Source of the DNA: an uncultured Gemmatimonas sp.
Lineage (GTDB): Bacteria > Gemmatimonadota > Gemmatimonadetes > Gemmatimonadales > Gemmatimonadaceae
Assembly (NCBI GenBank): GCA_964586095.1
Contig: CAZPJF010000001.1
Span: forward strand, 1 to 32,089
DNA: 32,089 bases
Direction: 5' to 3'
Shown: piece by piece, positions 23,814-30,735 of the stretch
Position numbering within the stretch: position 1 is the first letter of the stretch
Layout of the letters: the number at the start of each line of letters is the position of its first letter
Made by a program: the position numbers and the translations under genes
Notes under the pieces: model-generated
Database searches by the model: none
Seen by the model: only the letters and a program-made list of their open reading frames with translations
Told to the model about the DNA's origin: nothing

Positions 23814-25110
23814 CGGCGTGCCGGAGGCTCGCCCATGCGGCGCGCAGCGCACGGGCCCCTGCCGCCGGCCCCCCGGGATGCCCGAACACCCCCCGCCCCA
23901 CCACGAACCCGAAATCCGCGTGCCCGATCCGCTCGCGCACCCCCGCCAGCGTCGCCGCCGAATCGCTCCCCCCCGGCACCGGCAACGCCGCCTTGAGCGA
24001 GCCCATCGGCTCGAGGCAGGCGCGCACCTGCGCCAGCACCTCGGCCTCGGCGGTCCGCATCCGCTCCCCGAACCCCGGGAAGATCACCGCGTCGCACCCC
24101 GCCAGCCGCTGGAGCTTGGTGAACACCCGCGGATGGGCCCCGAACCCCGGCACCTGCGTGAACGCCGCGAGCATCGGGAAGTGCGCGAAGAGTGGCACCG
24201 TCGCGTGGCGCGCGAGCATCCTTACCGCGCTCAGTCCCACGGGGAGCGCGTTCAGCATCACCGCCCCGGCCCCGGCGCCGACCGCCTCATCGTGCAGCGC
24301 GGTGATGCGGTCCACCTCGTCGGTGATGTTCGCCAGGTACGCCTTGGGAGCGCCCGTCTCGCGTTCGGCCCGCGCACGCGCCTCGCCCAGCAGCCGCGCG
24401 CGCACGGCCAGCGGTGACCACGCCGCATCGGCGAGCATCTCGTCGTCCTTCACGATGTCCAGCCCACCGACGAGCCCCGCATTGCCCAACGCGGCGAACG
24501 CCTCGGGCGCGAGGCCGAGGTTGGGCTTGATGACGCCGATGAAGAGCGGCCGCCCGTGCGCGTCGAGCCGCTCGCGCAGCCCCGCGAGGCCGAAGCGCGG
24601 GCCCGCGAAAGCCGCGAGGAAGCTCGCCGGGAAGCGGATGTCCTCGAGGCGCACCACCGGGACACCGGGCACGTGGAACACGCCCTCGCCGAGCACGGCG
24701 GAGAGGAGGTTGGGGAGCCGCGGGCCGAAGTTCGCGTGCGGGTGCGCGATCAGCGCGCGGCAGGCGTGCATCCCGCCGCGCGCCTCGACCGCCCCGCGCG
24801 CGCCGCTCGCGTCGCGGGCGCCCATCGCGACCCGCGGCCCCTCGTCCGCCGTCCCCGCGACGCCCACGCTGAACTCGGTGATGGGCCGCGACTCGATGTC
24901 GATCACCTTCGCCGCGAAGCGCGGCCGCAGGTCCTCGTTCACCCCGGCGCGTGCCCACTGCGCGGTGGACTGCTCCATGCAGAGCGCCGCCGCCGAGCGC
25001 CGCGGCGAGCCCACGCATTCGAACGTGTACTCGAGCTCGATGTACGCCTCCGGGTCGAGCGATCCCGGCGCGGCGAAGAACCCGTCGACGTCGAGCGGGT
25101 CCAGGGTCAC
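23806..25110 (-). CDS. rlp: RuBisCO-like protein (form IV RLP, IV-Photo-like)
   Basis: EQSTAQW, GVIKPNLGL, GGLDIVKDDE, YLANIT, AHFP, LPVPGGS, GRGVFGHP.GP.AGA; GTG 25110 overlaps the yjbQ stop. Confidence 0.92.
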   Translation of the reverse strand: MTLDPLDVDGFFAAPGSLDPEAYIELEYTFECVGSPRRSAAALCMEQSTAQWARAGVNEDLRPRFAAKVIDIESRPITEFSVGVAGTADEGPRVAMGARDASGARGAVEARGGMHACRALIAHPHANFGPRLPNLLSAVLGEGVFHVPGVPVVRLEDIRFPASFLAAFAGPRFGLAGLRERLDAHGRPLFIGVIKPNLGLAPEAFAALGNAGLVGGLDIVKDDEMLADAAWSPLAVRARLLGEARARAERETGAPKAYLANITDEVDRITALHDEAVGAGAGAVMLNALPVGLSAVRMLARHATVPLFAHFPMLAAFTQVPGFGAHPRVFTKLQRLAGCDAVIFPGFGERMRTAEAEVLAQVRACLEPMGSLKAALPVPGGSDSAATLAGVRERIGHADFGFVVGRGVFGHPGGPAAGARALRAAWASLRHAAT

Positions 25111-25589
25111 GGCGCCGCGGCCGCGATCGACCGCGCGCCCGGGGCGCCATCGCGGGCCGCGAGCAGCTGGACGAGCACCTCGCGACCGGCACGCGGGCCG
25201 TCGAGCTCCACGAAGAACAGCGACTGCCACGTCCCCAGCGCGAGGTCGCCGTCCACCACGGGGATGGTCTCCGTCGCCGGCATGAGCAGCGCGAGCAGGT
25301 GCGCGTGCGCGTTGACCCGGCCGTCCACGGTCCCCGTGTCGTGTGCATAGCCTGCCCCCGCCGGCGCGACGCGCTCGAGGAACGCGACCATGTCACGCTG
25401 GAGCTTCGGCTCGGATTCATTGACCGTGACGCGCGCCGTGGTGTGCCCGCTCGTCACGGTGACGAGTCCGTCCTGCACCCCCGCAGCGGCGCAGGTCGCG
25501 CGGACCCAGCCGCGCACCCGCTCGGTGATGTCGACCAGCGCGATGGGCGCGGCGGTGTCGAGCGCGAGGCGATGTCGGAGGACGCGCAT
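25107..25589 (-). CDS. yjbQ: YjbQ/UPF0047 family protein
   Basis: DIT..V, HTTA...NE.EP.L..D, Y.HD, NAHAHL, L.LGTWQ..FFVELDGPR. Confidence 0.92.
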   Translation of the reverse strand: MRVLRHRLALDTAAPIALVDITERVRGWVRATCAAAGVQDGLVTVTSGHTTARVTVNESEPKLQRDMVAFLERVAPAGAGYAHDTGTVDGRVNAHAHLLALLMPATETIPVVDGDLALGTWQSLFFVELDGPRAGREVLVQLLAARDGAPGARSIAAAAP

Positions 25590-25644
25590 GGCCGGGAGAA
25601 GCTATCGACCGTTCGGCGGCGCCCGCCAGCCGCGCCGGTCCGCG

Positions 25645-25696
25645 GCCCTCCGGCACAGCCCTCCGGCACAGCCCTCCGGCACGGCCCGCCGGCACG
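25645..25696 (+). repeat. Tandem 13-bp repeat, 4 copies (GCCCTCCGGCACA, degenerating)
   Basis: GCCCTCCGGCACA GCCCTCCGGCACA GCCCTCCGGCACG GCCCGCCGGCACG. Confidence 0.85.
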
Positions 25697-25705
25697 GCGC
25701 ACCGA

Positions 25706-25735
25706 CGGACCCCTGTCAGGTCCGACAGGGGTCCG
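25706..25735 (+). promoter_or_regulatory. Palindromic lux-box-like operator upstream of the PCPPxC gene
   Basis: Perfect 12-bp arms CGGACCCCTGTC-AGGTCC-GACAGGGGTCCG; candidate -10 TAGTTT at 25754-25759. Confidence 0.55.
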
Positions 25736-25792
25736 CATCGTCGTGCATCGCCCTAGTTTGTCGAGACTCACCATCCACTCACGGAGCACGCC

Positions 25793-26113
25793 ATGGGCCG
25801 CCCGCTCGACAAGGACCGCGACCACAACATCCCCCTCAAGCGCGCTGCCGCCGACACGAAGCGGTTCCGCGGCGGGGGACCGGGCCGCAACGGCGTCGCC
25901 GGCGCGTTCCTCGCGGACTCCGTGCGCAAGCTGCTCGACCAGCCGGGATGCGTCGGGATCCGCCTCTACCTCGGCGAGAGCGAGGCGCGCGACTCGGAGG
26001 TCATCGCGGTCGGGGTCGACGCGCAGGGGAACGACATGGTCGAGGGCACCCTCCTCAACGCCAGCTTCCCCTGCCCGCCCTTCTGCTCCGACGACAACCC
26101 GCTGAACAGCTGA
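25793..26113 (+). CDS. Small protein with C-terminal PCPPxC motif (function unknown)
   Basis: GGAG RBS; ...LL.QPGCVGIRLYLG...I.VGVD..GND......PCPPFC...NPLN; first gene of a sensor cassette. Confidence 0.85.
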   Translation: MGRPLDKDRDHNIPLKRAAADTKRFRGGGPGRNGVAGAFLADSVRKLLDQPGCVGIRLYLGESEARDSEVIAVGVDAQGNDMVEGTLLNASFPCPPFCSDDNPLNS

Positions 26114-26123
26114 GCCACCGGCG

Positions 26124-26810
26124 GTGAAGATCCCGCTCATCCTCTACCTCGCGTTCTACGCGCGCCTGCTGCCGTTCGCGCTCGCGCTGGTCCGCCGGGC
26201 GCCACTCAGCGCCGCCCGGCGGGCCACCCTCGCGTGGGTCGGGCTGGACTTCACCATGAGCCTCGCCGGGCGGCTCTGGGTGCTCTACGTCGACCCGACG
26301 AACAACATGGTCGTCACCCACACCCTGCAGCCCATCGTCGGCGTGGCGGTGCTCTGGATGCTCGCCGAGTTCCAGGTGCAGCCGCTCGCGCGCTCCACCG
26401 TCCGCTTCTGCATCCCGGCCTACCTCCTCGTGTGGGCGATCGGGTACTTCGTCGTCGAGGATCGGCAGAGCTTCTCGTCGCTGCACCTCCCGGTGCTCGC
26501 CATCCTCGCGCTGACCTCGGCGCTCTTCGCGTTCGTCGCGCATGTGTACCGCGACGACGACCCCATGCTGCGGTCGGACTGGGGGTGGATCCTCCCGGGC
26601 GTCGCCATCTTCTTCGCGACCAACGGGACCATGTCGCTCATGCAGGCGTACCTGCTCCGGGCCGAGAACCTTGACCTGCTCGTCCGCGCCACCATCCTCA
26701 AGGGGTGGGTGGACGTCCTCGCCTTCATCATCATCGCCGGGGGGTTCTTCTGGTCGACACGAGCACTGAGGTCCTCTGGGGCTTCTTCCTCGCCGGCACC
26801 ATCTCGGTGA
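26124..26810 (+). CDS. Predicted 7-TM membrane protein, putative receptor subunit
   Basis: Seven hydrophobic segments by eye, NN motif before helix 3; lies between the PCPPxC gene and the kinase. Confidence 0.8.
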   Translation: MKIPLILYLAFYARLLPFALALVRRAPLSAARRATLAWVGLDFTMSLAGRLWVLYVDPTNNMVVTHTLQPIVGVAVLWMLAEFQVQPLARSTVRFCIPAYLLVWAIGYFVVEDRQSFSSLHLPVLAILALTSALFAFVAHVYRDDDPMLRSDWGWILPGVAIFFATNGTMSLMQAYLLRAENLDLLVRATILKGWVDVLAFIIIAGGFFWSTRALRSSGASSSPAPSR

Positions 26811-27517
26811 CGGTCGTCCTCGTCGCCTTCATGGCGGCGATGGCGCTCGCGCAACGGCAGCGGTCCCGCATGCGGCAGCAGCAGGCGGTGCTCGTGGCCC
26901 GCGCCCACGAGGAGGAACGCGCGTGGGTCGCAGGGGAGCTGCATGACGACGTCCTGCAGCGGATCGCGCTCGTGCGCGCGGAGGTGGAGTCGCTCTGGGA
27001 ACCGGACCGGCCGTCGACCGAGGTGCTCGAGGACCGGCTCCGCGGGATCAACGCCGAACTGGTCGACCTCGCGGTGGCGGTGCGGCGGATCGCCACGCGG
27101 CTGCACCCCACGGTGGTCGACCAGGTGGGCCTCCTCCCCGCCCTGCACTCGCTCGCCGAGGAGGTGGAGCGCGGCAGCGACGTGGAGGTGCAGGTGGAGA
27201 CGTCGGGCGAGGCCGGCGCCGTCCCCACGGAGACGGCCCGTGCCGCCTACCGCATCGTCCAGGAGTCGCTGCGGAACGTGGTCCGCCACTCGGGCAGCCG
27301 GACGGCGCGCGTCGCGGTCACGGTCGACGAGCGACACCTCGCCCTCCGCGTGCAGGACGAGGGGCGCGGCTTCGACTCCGGCCGCGCCCAGGCCCACGGG
27401 CTCGGGCTCGCGAGCCTCCGCGAACGCGCCATCATGGTCGGCGGGACGGCCGAGGTCCGCTCGCGCCCCGGCACGGGCACCACGGTCGAGGTCCGCCTCC
27501 CGGTCGGGGCCGCATGA
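26750..27517 (+). CDS. Sensor histidine kinase (HisKA_3 + HATPase), single N-terminal TM; start uncertain
   Basis: EEER..VA.ELHDDVLQ, LHP, YRIVQESLRNVVRHS, D.G.GF, GLGL..LRER, GT.V. Start could be CTG 26750, GTG 26807 or GTG 26705. Confidence 0.88.
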   Translation: MVDTSTEVLWGFFLAGTISVTVVLVAFMAAMALAQRQRSRMRQQQAVLVARAHEEERAWVAGELHDDVLQRIALVRAEVESLWEPDRPSTEVLEDRLRGINAELVDLAVAVRRIATRLHPTVVDQVGLLPALHSLAEEVERGSDVEVQVETSGEAGAVPTETARAAYRIVQESLRNVVRHSGSRTARVAVTVDERHLALRVQDEGRGFDSGRAQAHGLGLASLRERAIMVGGTAEVRSRPGTGTTVEVRLPVGAA

Positions 27518-28215
27518 GCGACGCCGCCGCGCGCCGCATCCGCATCGTCCTCGGCGACGACCACCAGCTCATGGTGCAGGCCATGCGCTCCGCCCTCTCG
27601 GCGCGCCACGACGTCGTCGCCGTGGCGCACACGGCCGCGGAGATCCTCTCGGCGGTCGCCACGCACCGCCCGGACCTCCTCCTGCTCGACCTCTCGCTGC
27701 CGGAGCGGAACGGCCTCGAGCTCATCCCCGACGTGCGCCGCACGTCCCCCGACACACGCATCATCGTGGTGACGATGCACCTCGATCGCGTGGTCGCGGA
27801 GTCGACGCTCGCCGCGGGCGCGGACGGGTTCGTCCCCAAGGACGCCGGGCTCGATGAGCTCGAACGGGCGATCGACACGGTGCTGGCCGGCGAAACGTTC
27901 ATGTCGCGGCGCGTGCCGCCCTCGAGCAACCGCGTGTCGCTCAAGGCGGCCCACGCGGCGCTCGCGCAGCTCACCCCGCGCCAGCACGAGATCCTCCGGC
28001 TCATCGCCGAGGGGCTCACGTCGCTGGAGATCGGCCAGCGGCTGGGGCTCAGCGAGCGGACGGTCGCCTTCCACCGGACCAACATCCGGCAGAAGCTCGG
28101 CGTGGACTCCGAGCGCGGCCTGATCCGCTACTCGGTGCTCGTGCAGTTCGAGGCCGGCGACCCGGCGCTCGACACCAGCCCCGTCAGTAGGCGAGGACGA
28201 ACGCGCGGTTCCTGA
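27514..28215 (+). CDS. NarL/LuxR-family response regulator
   Basis: REC: DDH, LLLDLSLP..NG, TMH, FVPK; HTH: LTPRQ.EIL.LIAEG....EI...L.LSERTV.FHR.NI..KLG; ATGA overlap with the kinase. Confidence 0.95.
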   Translation: MSDAAARRIRIVLGDDHQLMVQAMRSALSARHDVVAVAHTAAEILSAVATHRPDLLLLDLSLPERNGLELIPDVRRTSPDTRIIVVTMHLDRVVAESTLAAGADGFVPKDAGLDELERAIDTVLAGETFMSRRVPPSSNRVSLKAAHAALAQLTPRQHEILRLIAEGLTSLEIGQRLGLSERTVAFHRTNIRQKLGVDSERGLIRYSVLVQFEAGDPALDTSPVSRRGRTRGS

Positions 28216-28453
28216 GCACCGACGGCAGGTCCTCGCGCGCCACCTCGATCTCGCGGCGCGCCGGGTCCGCATGGTACACGAACCCCGTGGCCTCCCCCTC
28301 CACCCGCCGGCGGTTCACGCCGAGGTACAGGAGCTTGATCCCGTCGGGGATCCAGGGGTTGGGCGGCAGCACCGCCTCGGATTCGTCGGACACCAGTCGC
28401 AGGGGTTGATAGTCGTCCTGCTGAACTCGCCGCAACGGACCAGAACTGCGCAT
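28184..28453 (-). CDS. Hypothetical protein (89 aa)
   Basis: MRSSGPLRRVQQDDYQPLRLVS...IKLLYLGVNRRRVEGEATGFVY...VLAY; GC3-rich codons in this frame; fills an otherwise empty gap. Confidence 0.6.
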   Translation of the reverse strand: MRSSGPLRRVQQDDYQPLRLVSDESEAVLPPNPWIPDGIKLLYLGVNRRRVEGEATGFVYHADPARREIEVAREDLPSVLRNRAFVLAY

Positions 28454-28560
28454 CACGACTCCGGCTTCAGGGGGGCGCGGGAAGCCGGCGCGAGCGTCCG
28501 CCCCGGCGCCCCCATCCATTCGATGGCCCCAATCTTGGCGATCCCCGGACCGTCGAAAAG

Positions 28561-28580
28561 CCTGACAGAGATGACAGGGG
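28561..28580 (-). promoter_or_regulatory. Second lux-box-like site
   Basis: Minus strand CCCCTGTCATCTCTGTCAGG matches CCCCTGTCAGGTCCGACAGG (25710-25729) at 16/20 positions. Confidence 0.45.
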
Positions 28581-28657
28581 GGGTGCTCGCGGGGCCCCCG
28601 TGGCCGTCGCATCTTTGGCCAGTGCGCTGACCCTGCGCCCCCCCTCTCCCCCCGGTC

Positions 28658-29500
28658 ATGCCGAACCTCGCCGCCAACCACCCGCAGGTGGTCCATTTCG
28701 TCATCGGGCTCCTGCTCATGGGAGTCGCCTTCAGGCTGGTCTCGCTCACCGGCCGATTGGCCTTCACCCGGCACGCCGCGGCGGTCCTGCTGCTCCTGGG
28801 CACGGTCGCCTCGGCGGTGGCCGTGAAGTCGGGCGACGACGCGCACGGCCCCGTGGAGCGGATCCCCGGCACGCGCGCCCTGGTGATGGAGCACGAGGAG
28901 CTGGGCGAGCGGACGCGGAACATCTTCATTGTCGTGGCCGGCCTCGAACTGCTCGCGCTGGGCCTCGCCCAGGGCGCACGGGCCGCGGGCCTGGTGAAGG
29001 CCGCCTACGCGGCCTCGGCGCTGGTCGGCGCGTACGGCTGCACGGTGCTGTATCACGCGGCCGAGCATGGGGGCGAGCTGGTGTACGAGTACGCCGGCGG
29101 CCCCGGCCTGCGCACCGGGAACGCCGAGGACGTGGAGCGGCTGTTGCTGGCCGGGTTGCACCTGCAGGCCCAGGCCGACCGGCGTGCCGGACGGCACGAG
29201 GCGGCCGCGCGGCTGACCAACGAGATGGCGGTGCGCTTCCCGGCGGACACGACCGTGCGCTACCTGCACGTGGAGTCGCTGCTGCTCGACGCCAAGGAGT
29301 ACGGGGCCGCGCTGGCGGCGGTACGGGCCGTCGCGGTCGACGAGACCAGCGCGCGCTGGGCCACGCGCAAGGCGGGCCTCATGGCCGACATCTTCCTCGC
29401 GCTCGGCCAGCCCGACAGCGCCAAGGCGGCATTGGCGCCGGCCGTCGCGGCCTTCCCGCAGAGCGCACGCCTCAAGGCCAAGCTCGACTCCATCCCGTGA
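28658..29500 (+). CDS. DUF2231-like membrane protein with helical (TPR-like) C-terminus
   Basis: HP.VVHF.I.LL, A..SG, H...G, A.HGGELVY..G.G. Confidence 0.8.
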   Translation: MPNLAANHPQVVHFVIGLLLMGVAFRLVSLTGRLAFTRHAAAVLLLLGTVASAVAVKSGDDAHGPVERIPGTRALVMEHEELGERTRNIFIVVAGLELLALGLAQGARAAGLVKAAYAASALVGAYGCTVLYHAAEHGGELVYEYAGGPGLRTGNAEDVERLLLAGLHLQAQADRRAGRHEAAARLTNEMAVRFPADTTVRYLHVESLLLDAKEYGAALAAVRAVAVDETSARWATRKAGLMADIFLALGQPDSAKAALAPAVAAFPQSARLKAKLDSIP

Positions 29501-30735
29501 AGTCGCAGTCGCTGCGGGTCCTGCTCGCCCTCCTCCTCGGGCTGGGCGGCGGGATGGTCCTCGCGCGCACGGACGCGTCGTGGCTCGCCACGGTCGTGGC
29601 CGCCGCGGACGTGATCGGCACGCTCTGGACCAACGCCATCCGCATGACGGTGCTGCCGCTCGTGGCCGCGCTCACCGTGGCCTCCGTGGCCGGGACCGGC
29701 GGGAGCGGCGAGTTGCGCCAGGCCGGGAGCCGCGCGCTGGTCATGTTCGTGGTGCTGCTCGTCGCGGGGGGTCTCCTGTCGCTGGTGACGGCGGAGTTCG
29801 CCTTCGCCGGATTCACCCTCGCTCCCGACGTGGCCGAGCGCGTGCGCGCCTCGGCGGGCACGGCGGCCGCGGCGCCGAGCATGCCCTCGCTCGCGCAGCG
29901 GGTGATCGAGATGGTCCCGGCCAACCCCATCAAGGCCGCCGCCGACGGGGCGCTGCTCCCGCTGGTGGTGTTCTCGCTCGCGCTGGGCTTCGCGCTCAAG
30001 CAGGTCCCCGAGGCGCGCCGCCAGCCGGTGATCGACGCCGCGCGCGGCGTGGCGGACGCGATGCTCGTGGTGGTGGGCTGGGTGGTGGCGGCCGCGCCGC
30101 TCGGCGTGCTCGCGCTCACCTTCGCACTCGGGGCGCGGCTCGGCACCGCGTCGATCGGCGCGCTCGCGCGCTACATCGTCACGCTCTCGGGCACGCTGCT
30201 CATCTTCACCGTGCTGCTCTACCCGGTGGTGGTGCTCCTCGGCCGCGTGCCGCTGCGGCGGTTCCTCTCGGCGGCGGCGCCGGCGCAGGCGCTGGCGGCG
30301 GGCTCGCGGTCGTCGCTCGCCGCGCTGCCGCTCATGATCGCCGCGGCACGGGAGAAGCTCGGGCTCAACGAGGCGGCGAGCGGTTTCGTACTCCCGCTAG
30401 CCGTCTCGGTCTTCCGCGTGAACGTGCCGATGGCGTGGGTGGTGGGCGTCGTCTTCCTCGGAAAGCTGTATGGGATCGAGGTGGGCGAGGGCGCGCTGCT
30501 CACGCTCGTGGTGACCTCCACGCTGCTCAGTTTCAGCGTGCCGGGGATCCCGTCGGCGAGCCTCTTCCTGCTCAGTCCGGTGCTTGTCGACCTCGGCCTC
30601 CCCGCCGCGGGCGTGGGCATCCTGATCGCGGTGGATGTGCTCCCCGATATGTTCAAGACGCTGGCGAACGTGACGTCCCACCTGACCGCCGCGGTGCTCG
30701 CCGGCGGTCGTGCGAACCCTCCAGCTGGAGACTAG
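29497..30735 (+). CDS. Dicarboxylate/amino acid:cation symporter (DAACS, GltP-like)
   Basis: G.LW.NAIRM.VLPL, P.NPI.AAA.G..LPL.VF, SRSSLAALP, FVLPL, SVPGIP, D..PDMF.T..NV; GTG overlaps the upstream stop. Confidence 0.9.
   Translation: MKSQSLRVLLALLLGLGGGMVLARTDASWLATVVAAADVIGTLWTNAIRMTVLPLVAALTVASVAGTGGSGELRQAGSRALVMFVVLLVAGGLLSLVTAEFAFAGFTLAPDVAERVRASAGTAAAAPSMPSLAQRVIEMVPANPIKAAADGALLPLVVFSLALGFALKQVPEARRQPVIDAARGVADAMLVVVGWVVAAAPLGVLALTFALGARLGTASIGALARYIVTLSGTLLIFTVLLYPVVVLLGRVPLRRFLSAAAPAQALAAGSRSSLAALPLMIAAAREKLGLNEAASGFVLPLAVSVFRVNVPMAWVVGVVFLGKLYGIEVGEGALLTLVVTSTLLSFSVPGIPSASLFLLSPVLVDLGLPAAGVGILIAVDVLPDMFKTLANVTSHLTAAVLAGGRANPPAGD

Noticed and set aside
23806-25110. CO2-fixing RuBisCO large subunit
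   Set aside because: Key active-site residues are substituted and no rbcS, prk or cbb genes are present.
25645-25696. CRISPR array
   Set aside because: 13-bp head-to-tail units with no spacers and no cas genes.
28600-29496. N-terminal extension of the DAACS symporter (711-aa ORF)
   Set aside because: Overlaps the DUF2231 gene in another frame; the GTGA-coupled start at 29497 gives a normal-sized transporter.
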